Part shown: positions 11,351 through 20,726 of the stretch, in pieces
Layout of the letters: each line of letters opens with the position of its first letter
Position numbering within the stretch: position 1 is the first letter of the stretch
Assembly (NCBI GenBank): GCA_965197525.1
Contig: OZ240211.1
Span: 1,312,001 to 1,376,000, forward strand
Length of the DNA: 64,000 bases
Source: Nitrosopumilus sp.
GTDB taxonomy: Archaea > Thermoproteota > Nitrososphaeria > Nitrososphaerales > Nitrosopumilaceae
Reading direction: 5' to 3'
The notes under the pieces: model-generated
The model's input: only the letters and a program-made list of their open reading frames with translations
What the model was told of the DNA's origin: nothing
The model's database searches: none
Translations under genes and position numbers: made by a program

Positions 11351-12910
11351 TTGATGAAATTATTGAATAAAATATTCCTTATTATTGCAGTCTCGCTATT
11401 TGCAATTGGTTTTACCAACCACGCCTTTGCTCAGTATGACGACAAACTAGTTGTGTTGAACACAAACCATGGAAGCATCATAATTGATTTTTTCCCAGAC
11501 GATGCCCCAAACCATGTAGAGAATTTTATCAAATTAACTGAATCTGGTTATTATGATGACGTGTTATTTCATAGAATTATTCCCGACTTTATGATTCAAG
11601 GCGGTGATCCAAACACAATTGATGGCGATCCGAGTACTTGGGGAACCGGCGGCCCTGCAACAAATCTGGATGCAGAGTTTAATAACATCAAACACAATCG
11701 TGGCATAGTCTCAATGGCTAGGGCTCAAGATCCAAACAGTGCAGGATCACAGTTTTTCATAGTACATAAAGATGCTAACTTTCTTGATGGTCAATATACC
11801 GTGTTTGGCAGAATAGCAACTGAAGAGAGCTTTGCAACTCTTGACAAAATTGCCGCAGTAGAAACAAACGACAGAGACGCTCCCTTGGATCCTCAATACG
11901 CCAGAATTCTATCCGTACTTGTGCTTGATGAAGCTAATGTTCCCGATCTTCTTGAACTAGATGAGCCGCAACGCATTGACACCTTCTCCAACCCCAATAC
12001 ATCTATTCCTCCCCCTGTAGGGGATACAACGTTTGAAAGTGTTGAGCATGATATTAAATTTGATATACCTGAAGGTTGGCTTTTACAAGAATTAGATAAC
12101 ACAGATCCGAACGCTCCTGACATGGTTGCGTTAGGTCCTACAATAGGAAACTTCCCTGCGGCCATATCCTTATCTGTGGAGCAAACTAATGGACAAACAT
12201 TAGATGAGATCGTGGCTGCCGATTTTGAGATTCTAAAAGAAGCTATTGAAGGGAAAATCTTGACAATAATTTCACAAGAGGACACCACCATCATTGACAA
12301 CGAGTCACACAGTGTTGTTGCAGAGAGTGTTTTTGACCTTGGCGGCCAGCCTACTTATATAAAATTCGAGAAAACCATAATCTATGATGAGGAAAAATAT
12401 TATGTATTTACCTATTTTGATGACAAGGACGATTTTGATACACATTTACCACAATTTACGAAACTAATTAACTCTATTGAAATAATATCCGAGCCTACTG
12501 CTTCTACTGACGCCGGCGACATTGACACCGGATCCTCTGATGAAAATGGCGGCTGTTTGATTGCTACTGCAACATTTGGTTCTGAATTGGCACCCCAAGT
12601 ACAACAACTAAGAGAACTCAGAGACAACACCATCTTATCAACGGAATCTGGAACTGCTTTTATGAATGGATTTAACCAGTTTTACTACTCTTTTTCACCA
12701 ATGATTGCTGATCTAGAACGCGAAAACCCACTGTTCAAAGAAATAGTCAGACTCTCAATTACTCCAATGCTAACTACCCTCTCAATCCTTAATCATGTCG
12801 AAGTTAACTCTGAAGCTGAGATGATATCAGTGGGTCTATCAATTATTATGTTGAATGTTGGAATGTATTTTGTAGCACCTGCCGCAATAATTTACAAGAT
12901 CAGACGATAA
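11351..12910 (+). CDS. Exported cyclophilin-type peptidyl-prolyl isomerase with CFI-box C-terminal domain
   Basis: Signal peptide; FHRIIPDFMIQGGDP, SMARAQDPNSAGSQFFI; C-terminal GGCLIATATFGSE...LRELRD...FYYSFSP plus TM. Confidence 0.92.
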   Translation: MMKLLNKIFLIIAVSLFAIGFTNHAFAQYDDKLVVLNTNHGSIIIDFFPDDAPNHVENFIKLTESGYYDDVLFHRIIPDFMIQGGDPNTIDGDPSTWGTGGPATNLDAEFNNIKHNRGIVSMARAQDPNSAGSQFFIVHKDANFLDGQYTVFGRIATEESFATLDKIAAVETNDRDAPLDPQYARILSVLVLDEANVPDLLELDEPQRIDTFSNPNTSIPPPVGDTTFESVEHDIKFDIPEGWLLQELDNTDPNAPDMVALGPTIGNFPAAISLSVEQTNGQTLDEIVAADFEILKEAIEGKILTIISQEDTTIIDNESHSVVAESVFDLGGQPTYIKFEKTIIYDEEKYYVFTYFDDKDDFDTHLPQFTKLINSIEIISEPTASTDAGDIDTGSSDENGGCLIATATFGSELAPQVQQLRELRDNTILSTESGTAFMNGFNQFYYSFSPMIADLERENPLFKEIVRLSITPMLTTLSILNHVEVNSEAEMISVGLSIIMLNVGMYFVAPAAIIYKIRR

Positions 12911-12974
12911 CAATAACAGCCACACCAAATCTACAAAATCAACAAGTTTTATTGAAAGTATGATGGTATGGTAA

Positions 12975-14339
12975 TTACCACACATCATCTACTTCATCGA
13001 GTGGCTTGTATTCTTTTTGCGCCTTTACATTTAATATTTTTAATCTTGCAATATCCCTATCAAAGAACAGATCTATTATCCAATCAAGAAGTACCCTAGT
13101 TCTTTTGTCGATTGTTGAAATTTTTGAAAGATATACATTCCTCCAAAGCAACCACGCCCAAAATCCTGAAATATTCATTCCAAAGAACGAAGCAATTCCT
13201 GTCCTTTTTCCAATAATTGCCATTTGTCCTTTGCTACGATACACAAATTTTTTTTTAGCAGTATTTGTGATCAACGCTATCAAGTTTTTTGCAGCGATCT
13301 CTGCTTGTGATTCAGCAATTTGTGCAGTAGGAGGCAACGGCCGTTTTGTCTTAGGCTCTATAAATAATGCTGAATCACCAATTGCAAAGATTCCTGGAAA
13401 TTCTGGAACCTCTAGATATTCATTAACTACAATCTTCCCTCTCTCCGTTTTAAACATTGATCTCTTAATTGTGTTTACTGGAGTGACTCCTGCAGTCCAA
13501 ACTAAAGTTTTAGTAATTATTGAATTAATTTCTGGCCCATCTGACGACTCGTTATCCAACGACTTTATCATGACTTCATCTCCATCAAATGAAGTTACTG
13601 CAGTTTTTAATTTTATTTCAATCCCTCTCTCTGTCATTTTTTCTTTAGCAAAATTTGCTAATTTTTCATTAAATCCAGGCAAAATTATTTCCAGTGCTTC
13701 TAACACGATTACTCTGATATCTTCTTTAAGAATAGTAGGGTAATGCTTACGCGCATCTAATAACAAATCCATTAACTCACCGGCAGTCTCAATTCCAGCA
13801 AAGCCTCCGCCCACTACCACAAAAGTCAAAAACTTTTTACGACGAATAGTATCAGTTTCATTTACCGCTTGTTCTAACATATCAATTACCCGACCTCTTA
13901 ACATGAGTGCGTCATTCAATGTCTTCATAGTATATGCATTCACTTCAACATCTGGCATTCCAAAGAAGTTAGTCTCACTACCAAGTGCAAGTACCAAAAA
14001 ATCATAATGAATCGATAGACTCCTCTTATCTCTGGTTCCCCATAAAGTTACTATTTTTCCATATGGATCAATGTTTTTGATACGGCCCTCATAAAATTTT
14101 GTTTTTTTACATATGGTTCTAATAGGCAAAACAATATGTCTTGCTTCAATCATTGCAGACGCAACCTGTGGTAACATTGGTGTAAACAATAGGAAATTAT
14201 CTTCACTTACAATTACCAATTCTACCTCAGGATCGTCACCAAACTGTGATTCTAACTTTCTGGCACATTTTATTCCAGCAAAGCCTCCGCCTAAAATTAC
14301 AATTTTTTTCTTATTTTTAGCCAAATATGTCCTTCTCAT
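12975..14339 (-). CDS. ndh: Type II NADH dehydrogenase-like FAD-dependent oxidoreductase
   Basis: Two Rossmann motifs GGGFAG, LFTPMLPQV, WTAGV, FAIGD, PPTAQIA. Confidence 0.9.
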   Translation of the reverse strand: MRRTYLAKNKKKIVILGGGFAGIKCARKLESQFGDDPEVELVIVSEDNFLLFTPMLPQVASAMIEARHIVLPIRTICKKTKFYEGRIKNIDPYGKIVTLWGTRDKRSLSIHYDFLVLALGSETNFFGMPDVEVNAYTMKTLNDALMLRGRVIDMLEQAVNETDTIRRKKFLTFVVVGGGFAGIETAGELMDLLLDARKHYPTILKEDIRVIVLEALEIILPGFNEKLANFAKEKMTERGIEIKLKTAVTSFDGDEVMIKSLDNESSDGPEINSIITKTLVWTAGVTPVNTIKRSMFKTERGKIVVNEYLEVPEFPGIFAIGDSALFIEPKTKRPLPPTAQIAESQAEIAAKNLIALITNTAKKKFVYRSKGQMAIIGKRTGIASFFGMNISGFWAWLLWRNVYLSKISTIDKRTRVLLDWIIDLFFDRDIARLKILNVKAQKEYKPLDEVDDVW

Positions 14340-15037
14340 AGTTTAGAAGAATATATGCTATAAACAATTAATTGTTAAATATTTTATTTTATTTTTTGAA
14401 CTATTATTGAGATTTATTATACTATTATGCTTGTTTTTTTACAAATTATTGTATTTAATTCTAATAATAAACAATAATAACAAAGGCACATTATTGATCA
14501 TTTAATTGAAACAGAATAACCACCAACGATTGTTTCATTTTAGCAAACTATGACGCACCAAAACAACACTACACACACATTATATTATCTGGACGACGCC
14601 TCCGTCCAAAATTTATGAAATTTCCTAATTGTAACTAAGTTGACTGTTTAACAAATACAACAAACGATTGTAAATCTGCTTAGATGTATCACAAACTCAG
14701 CTAAACTATACTTATTATATACATCAGTCATTACAATATTATTTTACTTGACGGTTGTAATTCATCAAAAGTATGATTACATAAGATAATACAGTAATAA
14801 TATAGATATAACTGAACAATATACCGAATATGTGTAGTTAAATGAAGACTAATAAGTTGAATCTTGATGCATGAAAATTACTCAAAAATAATTCTGATGG
14901 ATTTATTATATTTGTATTAGTATGATAGGTATGAAATCCGATTATATCGAAAAACAAATCTACACACAAAAAATAGCCAAAGCATAGGAACATCCAGTTG
15001 TACTTTGTGACTCAGATAACAAGACGGAGGTAATACG

Positions 15038-15187
15038 TTGAGCTCTGACATTAAACGCCTTGCTGACTATCTTGGCCTTACCGTTGAACAAGCTGAGAGA
15101 GAGGCAGATCGTAATATGAATCCCATGAAGTATGTTGATTCTACTTGGTCGAAACCCAAACTAGATGAACAAAACAACCAAGATTAG
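15038..15187 (+). CDS. Putative 49-aa small protein
   Basis: GGAGGT Shine-Dalgarno at 15026-15031, TTG start; MSSDIKRLADYLGLTVEQAEREADRNMNPMKYVDSTWSKPKLDEQNNQD. Confidence 0.5.
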   Translation: MSSDIKRLADYLGLTVEQAEREADRNMNPMKYVDSTWSKPKLDEQNNQD

Positions 15188-15535
15188 ATGATCACGAGGT
15201 TCTCAAACCAATTAATTAATTCCTCCAAATGGCAGATCTGTTACTACCAAATACACATTACACATTTTCTAAAATCAGAAAAATATAACACACAACATAG
15301 TAATTAATCTCACTTTCAATCATATTTCTCAAATGTTTTTTATTATTCAATTAACCACAAATTTGTAACATATAACACCGATTACAGACAGTTCTTAATT
15401 TGTTAATTAATTTAACAGTTAGATCAAACATTCTTTAAACACAGACCATATTCAATATCAAAACAAGTGCACATTATCAATAACTATTGTTAAGATTTTA
15501 AATAATAAAAAGAGGTTAAAATTGATTGAGTTAAT

Positions 15536-15835
15536 CTAGTCGATTAATTCAGTCCAACCTTTGACGAAGACGGAGTTCTTGTAGAGTGGAACTGGTTGTC
15601 CAACTGTAAAGTCCATTGGTCTCATCCAAAAGATCGCTTTTGTTGGGCATACACCGATGCATGCACCATCAGAAATACATCTCTCTGGATAAAATACAAA
15701 TGCTTTACCTCTTTTCCAGCCTTCAACTGGTTTTACTCTAAGGACATCTGGACCTAATGTAGTACAGATTTCTACGCATAGTGCGCATCCGATACACATC
15801 TGTTCACTGATGTCTGGAATAATTCCTACTGGCAT
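15536..15835 (-). CDS. 2[4Fe-4S] ferredoxin
   Basis: CIGCALCVEIC and CISDGACIGVCP cluster motifs. Confidence 0.95.
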   Translation of the reverse strand: MPVGIIPDISEQMCIGCALCVEICTTLGPDVLRVKPVEGWKRGKAFVFYPERCISDGACIGVCPTKAIFWMRPMDFTVGQPVPLYKNSVFVKGWTELID

Positions 15836-15889
15836 TATGAAATTAAATCTTGAATCATCATTAATATAATTTACCTAAAATTATCATGC

Positions 15890-15926
15890 TATAACGGCGT
15901 TTGTTGTTTTATAACGGCGTTATAAA
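15890..15926. promoter_or_regulatory. Candidate transcription-factor sites upstream of the ferredoxin gene
   Basis: TATAACGGCGTT twice (15890-15901, 15910-15921); second copy is the dyad TTTATAAC-GGC-GTTATAAA. Confidence 0.5.
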
Positions 15927-15964
15927 TCATTATAATAGTGCTTGAGACATTATTTTACAACCTT

Positions 15965-16576
15965 TCAAAGTGGCAAGATTGTAAGGCCGTCTATATTTTT
16001 TTGAAGAAGGTAATTTTTTGTGTTCTTGGACTGTAAGATATAACGTCCTCCTGGGGATAAAAGCCACCTATCATTCTCTGACTTTCTTACCATACCGGTT
16101 ATAACTACCGAGGACTTGGGCTGCCTCACAAAGGATGTTAGTAGCATGATACATGAGTGAACAAATTGTGCATGCTTTTGACTGCCCAATAAATTGTAAA
16201 CTCCATTTAAGGAATCAATGATCACCAAAGACTTCTCTTTTGACGCCTTGGATATCACTCTAGACAGCTTATCTCCCCAATCTCTCTTATTTGGTGTGAG
16301 AATTGATACACCCTCCCTTTTTTGAATCATGCCTGATCTAATATATCCTGTATAAAGCAAGTCAAGATCAATAAAGATGACAGATTCATTTCTTGAATTA
16401 ATTAACCTATCAAGAAACTCTATTTTATGAAAAGGTTCTAAACAAGAAACAATATTTGGATTATACTGATCAAACTCGTTTTGAATCCACTCTAAACTAT
16501 TTTCTACGACGCGTTCAAGGTTTTTATCCAATATCCCTTTAGCGTCGTGTAGATATAATAATGAATATAGTATCAA
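15965..16576 (-). CDS. Hypothetical protein, degenerate RecA/KaiC-like fold
   Basis: VIFIDLD and LVIIDSLNG Walker-B-like strands; no intact Walker A. Confidence 0.55.
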   Translation of the reverse strand: MILYSLLYLHDAKGILDKNLERVVENSLEWIQNEFDQYNPNIVSCLEPFHKIEFLDRLINSRNESVIFIDLDLLYTGYIRSGMIQKREGVSILTPNKRDWGDKLSRVISKASKEKSLVIIDSLNGVYNLLGSQKHAQFVHSCIMLLTSFVRQPKSSVVITGMVRKSENDRWLLSPGGRYILQSKNTKNYLLQKNIDGLTILPL

Positions 16577-17724
16577 AAGACGTCTCTGACGACTTTCCTA
16601 AATCTGAGAAGATCTATCTAAACAACGCGTCTGTTTCCCTTATGCCTCTGAAAAGTATTGAAGCCATGAACGAATTTCTAATGACGTATAATTCGTTAGG
16701 TCCTGACTCAAAGGATGCAGGACCGTTCATCAATGAAAAACTACAAAATGTCAGAAGGATCATCTCCAAGATCATCTCCTGTCAGCCAGACGAGGTAGTT
16801 CTTACTCAAAGCACAACTGACGGAATTAACTTTGTAGCAAATGGATTATCCTTTGATAGCAATTCTAGTATTATTATTCGTGGAATGGCACATGAACACC
16901 ATTCTAATTTCTATCCCTGGATTAAATTAAAGGAAAAACAGATTTCCATAAAAAACTTAACGATTGACGATAATGGTTTTTTCAATTTAGATGATCTAAA
17001 ATCATATGTTAGTAATAATTCTAGTACAAAACTAGTTGCATTAAGTCATGCACTGTATAACACTGGCGCTTTGTTACCTGTCAATACAATAGGTGAAATT
17101 CTTCAAGAACACCACGTACCCTTCTTTCTTGATAGTGCACAAACTGTAGGATGTATAGACGATGCAAGCACATCAAAAATACAATGTGATTTTATGTCTT
17201 TTAACGGCTCCAAATGGCTTTGTGGTCCAATGGGTACAGGATTATTTTATTGTAGGAGAGAATCAAGTCACTTACTCCAACCAACAACGATTGGTGGTGA
17301 ATCTGGAATGGTTTACGACGATACCAAGATTGCATTTAAAGATCTGCCTGATAAATTTCAAACTGGTTTTAGAAATTATGTAGGAATTGTTGGATTAGAG
17401 TCATCTGCTAACTATTTAGTGAATTTTGGTATAAACAACATTCAGCAAAAAAACCAGCACCTCTCCAACCTTCTTAGAGAAGAGTTGATAAAAATTCCAA
17501 ATGTTACACTATATGGCCCAAAAGACAAAGATGACAGGACTAGCATTGTCTCCTTTAACATTAGAGGAGTCAGCTCCCAAGAAGTTGTAGATAGACTTGA
17601 AAAACAGAATATTATTCTAGCTGTAAGAGAGATCTTTGATCAAAAGATCGTACGTGCATCTCCGCACTTCTTCAACACAGAATCTCAAATACAAAAAACA
17701 GTTGATGCAATAAAACAACTATAG
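16561..17724 (+). CDS. Class V PLP-dependent aminotransferase-family enzyme
   Basis: YLNNAS, EHHSN, DSAQTVG, FNGSKWLCGPMGTG (PLP lysine), VRASPHFFN. Confidence 0.9.
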   Translation: MNIVSKDVSDDFPKSEKIYLNNASVSLMPLKSIEAMNEFLMTYNSLGPDSKDAGPFINEKLQNVRRIISKIISCQPDEVVLTQSTTDGINFVANGLSFDSNSSIIIRGMAHEHHSNFYPWIKLKEKQISIKNLTIDDNGFFNLDDLKSYVSNNSSTKLVALSHALYNTGALLPVNTIGEILQEHHVPFFLDSAQTVGCIDDASTSKIQCDFMSFNGSKWLCGPMGTGLFYCRRESSHLLQPTTIGGESGMVYDDTKIAFKDLPDKFQTGFRNYVGIVGLESSANYLVNFGINNIQQKNQHLSNLLREELIKIPNVTLYGPKDKDDRTSIVSFNIRGVSSQEVVDRLEKQNIILAVREIFDQKIVRASPHFFNTESQIQKTVDAIKQL

Positions 17725-17976
17725 ATCTTCTTGCTCTTCAATTACCATCATAGTCAAGGTTGACTGGACTTTGTTAATTCTTCTGATCTTATTTGTAATT
17801 ATTGCACGAAGATTCTCTCCGTTCTCTGAAGATATTTTTATAATAATATCGTATATGCCGTATATTCCCTGAATCTCAAACTGCACGTCCTCTTCTGAGA
17901 GAATCTGTTTTAATTCACTGATAATTGACTGGTCTGATCCCAAATCTGAATTTACTAATACATACGCAGTCGACAT
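17719..17976 (-). CDS. Lrp/AsnC ligand-binding (RAM) domain protein
   Basis: AYVLVN...GIYGIYDIIIKI...KIRRINKVQSTLTM; no HTH. Confidence 0.88.
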   Translation of the reverse strand: MSTAYVLVNSDLGSDQSIISELKQILSEEDVQFEIQGIYGIYDIIIKISSENGENLRAIITNKIRRINKVQSTLTMMVIEEQEDL

Positions 17977-19426
17977 CTAACAACCACATTTAATGACATT
18001 ATTTAATCCTTGATTACGGGACTTAAATACCTAGGTTACATTTCTGCACCAGAGTTTTTTTCTGACAGTCCAACAAATCATTCACAGCTTGGTTCTTGCC
18101 GTCTTTTTTAGAAACAACATGGTGTAAGCCATGTCTTGATTCTTTTGTCTTATGACGATAATCCCTACCGCCACTAATAACACTGACACTATTAGATGTG
18201 CCATTTTTATTAGCTAAAATAATATTTTCCATGCTGTCACACCTGTAGTTTCCATATCTGTCTACAAGCGGGAGCCTTCGTATGCACGGAAGTCCGTAAT
18301 GTCTGATGTTTGCGCCGGCGTTACCGTCTGCATCGCACAAAAATCCACAGCATACGCATTGAAACACATCCCTGGTGGTTCTAGAGTTACAGTTGATCAT
18401 ATTACACTTACTACACGTTATGCTGGTGTAGTGCGGAACAATCTCAAGTGTTTTGGTTCCATGGTTTTCGGCAGTCATTTTTATTCTATCCCCCATTCTT
18501 CCCATACCTGCCCCGTAAATCTCCCTGTTAAGACCGCTTTTCCACTTTTCATTTTTTGCAGTTATATTGCCAATGTTTAGTTTTTCCATGACTATCACTC
18601 CTGTTCTCATCACAATCTGTTTGGCAAGGAAATTATTGTGCTCTGTTCTTCTGTTGTTGAGTGTTTTTTTCATCCTCTTCAATTTGCGATCATTTTTTTC
18701 CATCTGTTACTATGCAGTTTGTGATCATCTCTTTTTGACTGTTGTTTTGAGATCACATCATCTTTTTTTCTCCTACAGGTATAAGGTGTCCTGTAAAAAT
18801 CGGCGTTTATTCCGTCATGAACTACTAGGGATCTCTTAACTCCCATGTCTATTCCGCATACGACTGTACAATTCATATTTTTAGGTCTCCGTATTTTTAG
18901 TGTCAGATGGATCTCAAACGTGCGGTTCGAATCGTTTGTATTGGCAGTGATTTTTTTGGTGTTCTCTACAAGCCTGTATGATACAATGTTGGTCTGATAG
19001 AATTTGCTAGTGCTGTTTTTGTCTCTTTCACATACCAGCTGCTTTGGAAGACTCTTCAAAGACGACAACAGCTCCACCTGGCCTATACTAGGCAGGTTCA
19101 TGTACAGTTTTTTCCACTTTCTCATCCTTAGCGAGGGATTCTGACCGTTTACTGTTATGGATGCATGCTTTGCATTTTTGGAGTTTCTGAACAAACTGTT
19201 TCTGTCAATCCATTTGTTTGGTTTGAGATTTTTAAATGACATGTGCCAGTTGTGGTTCTTACCCCCAGTCTTTTTTGCCCAATTTCGTACTCTACGTTTT
19301 TTTGCGCAGGATTTCAAATGTTTGTCTGCCGTATCATGCCCCTGTTGGAACGCAGTCGTTGCCACATTGGTGTGGTATCTGTTGCTCCATGGTATGGTGT
19401 GATGTATATTAGTAATGGCACGACTT

Positions 19427-20726
19427 CAGTAGTCGGAAATGTACTCCCTAAATCAACCAACAGACGTTCTCAATTATGTTAACATTCTTCGAACATACTG
19501 ATCTATTACCTACAGTGCCCTTACCCACCTTAGTGTTAACGCAAAAAGGTGGGCAGGTACACCACAATAAGATTGGAGAAAGGATACTTAATACCTTGTC
19601 AGGAATACTAGAGTCTGCACCCATAGGATTCTCTACGAGGAACAATGCCCAATACGGGGTAAGCGAGTTTGCAGCCATACTGATGAAGATGTCTGAATCC
19701 AACATAGCTTCTGAGGAGGCAATCCGGCTGCTCAAGCACGCCAAAAAGAGGATGCCGTCGCCCAAGTGGTTTCGCAACATGATAAACTCGCTGGAATCAG
19801 ACAGTGCAGACGAGCTCTGCACGGATATGATCACACGCACCGCAAGGCTTGCCAAGAATACGTGCCGGTACAAGGGGGGCGTACTAGTAGCAATAGATAA
19901 ACACCTGATACCAAGGCACGACAAGGACAACATGTCACATCTGACAAGATCCAAACCAAAGGGCGGTACAAGCAAGTTCGAGTGTTACGCAACAATGCAT
20001 GTGGTAGCAGAACAGGTTCCGGCCATTTTGGAGTGCATGCAGGTCACGCGCAGCGTGGATGACGCCGACTTTGTGCGTAAATTCGTCCAAAAACTCGTGG
20101 ATTACAGGATACGGGCCCGGTTGCTGCTGATGGACCGCGAGTTTTACTCGACTGAGATAATCAAACTTATATCAGAACACGGACGCAAGTTCCTGATGCC
20201 TGCAGTCAAGAACACGGGGATAAAGAGGATGATACAAGAGCATCACGATAAATTACGCAAGGCAGTCTCGCAGTACACCGTCAGAAACGCAGCAGGCCAG
20301 TCTGTCACATTCACATTGATAATCACACCCTCAAAAAAGATAGACGATCCTGATGTCAATACCACGGAAAGATATCATGTCTTTGCCACCAATCTTTCTC
20401 CTACCAAGGCACTAGACGAGATTGAGACGCTTCCGGAGGAGTACCGGAGAAGGTGGGGGATAGAGACAGGATACAAGCAAGTCGAGCAGGTACGCCCGAG
20501 GACAACAAGCCGCAATGCGTCGTTTAGGGTAATCATGTTTTACGTCTCGCTGTTCATGTACAACGCGTGGGCAGTGGAGCAGTATCGTGCAGATTCGAGT
20601 TATGATCGTGTGACTTTGGCACTTGTCGTATATGCTACAGCAATGGTTGCATTGGAATTATGTAGGATGGTGGGTCAACCGTATGATGTCGGAAAACCTG
20701 CCTAATGGGTACATTTCCGACTACTG
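19427..20726 (+). mobile_element. ISH3-like (IS4 superfamily) insertion sequence, apparently intact, 1300 bp
   Basis: 18-bp perfect TIR CAGTAGTCGGAAATGTAC (19427-19444; 20709-20726); 5-bp TSD GACTT (19422-19426; 20727-20731). Confidence 0.95.
19476..20705 (+). CDS. DDE transposase (ISH3-like)
   Basis: AIDKH, MDREFYS and YRRRWGIETGYK (YREK signature). Confidence 0.93.
   Translation: MLTFFEHTDLLPTVPLPTLVLTQKGGQVHHNKIGERILNTLSGILESAPIGFSTRNNAQYGVSEFAAILMKMSESNIASEEAIRLLKHAKKRMPSPKWFRNMINSLESDSADELCTDMITRTARLAKNTCRYKGGVLVAIDKHLIPRHDKDNMSHLTRSKPKGGTSKFECYATMHVVAEQVPAILECMQVTRSVDDADFVRKFVQKLVDYRIRARLLLMDREFYSTEIIKLISEHGRKFLMPAVKNTGIKRMIQEHHDKLRKAVSQYTVRNAAGQSVTFTLIITPSKKIDDPDVNTTERYHVFATNLSPTKALDEIETLPEEYRRRWGIETGYKQVEQVRPRTTSRNASFRVIMFYVSLFMYNAWAVEQYRADSSYDRVTLALVVYATAMVALELCRMVGQPYDVGKPA

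Noticed and set aside
13006-13743. 245-aa plus-strand ORF
   Set aside because: Antisense shadow of ndh. The same applies to the other short ORFs nested opposite real genes, such as 19448-19975 and 55589-55975.
18010-18017. TTGAT and TTAC inside the TSD resemble ISDra2 and IS608 target motifs
   Set aside because: They are on the wrong strand relative to tnpB and are duplicated, which IS200/IS605 insertion does not cause; treated as chance.
18679-18703. Programmed -1 frameshift in tnpB
   Set aside because: The A7 run is not a canonical in-frame slippery heptamer and I see no downstream stimulator; mutation or sequencing error is simpler.
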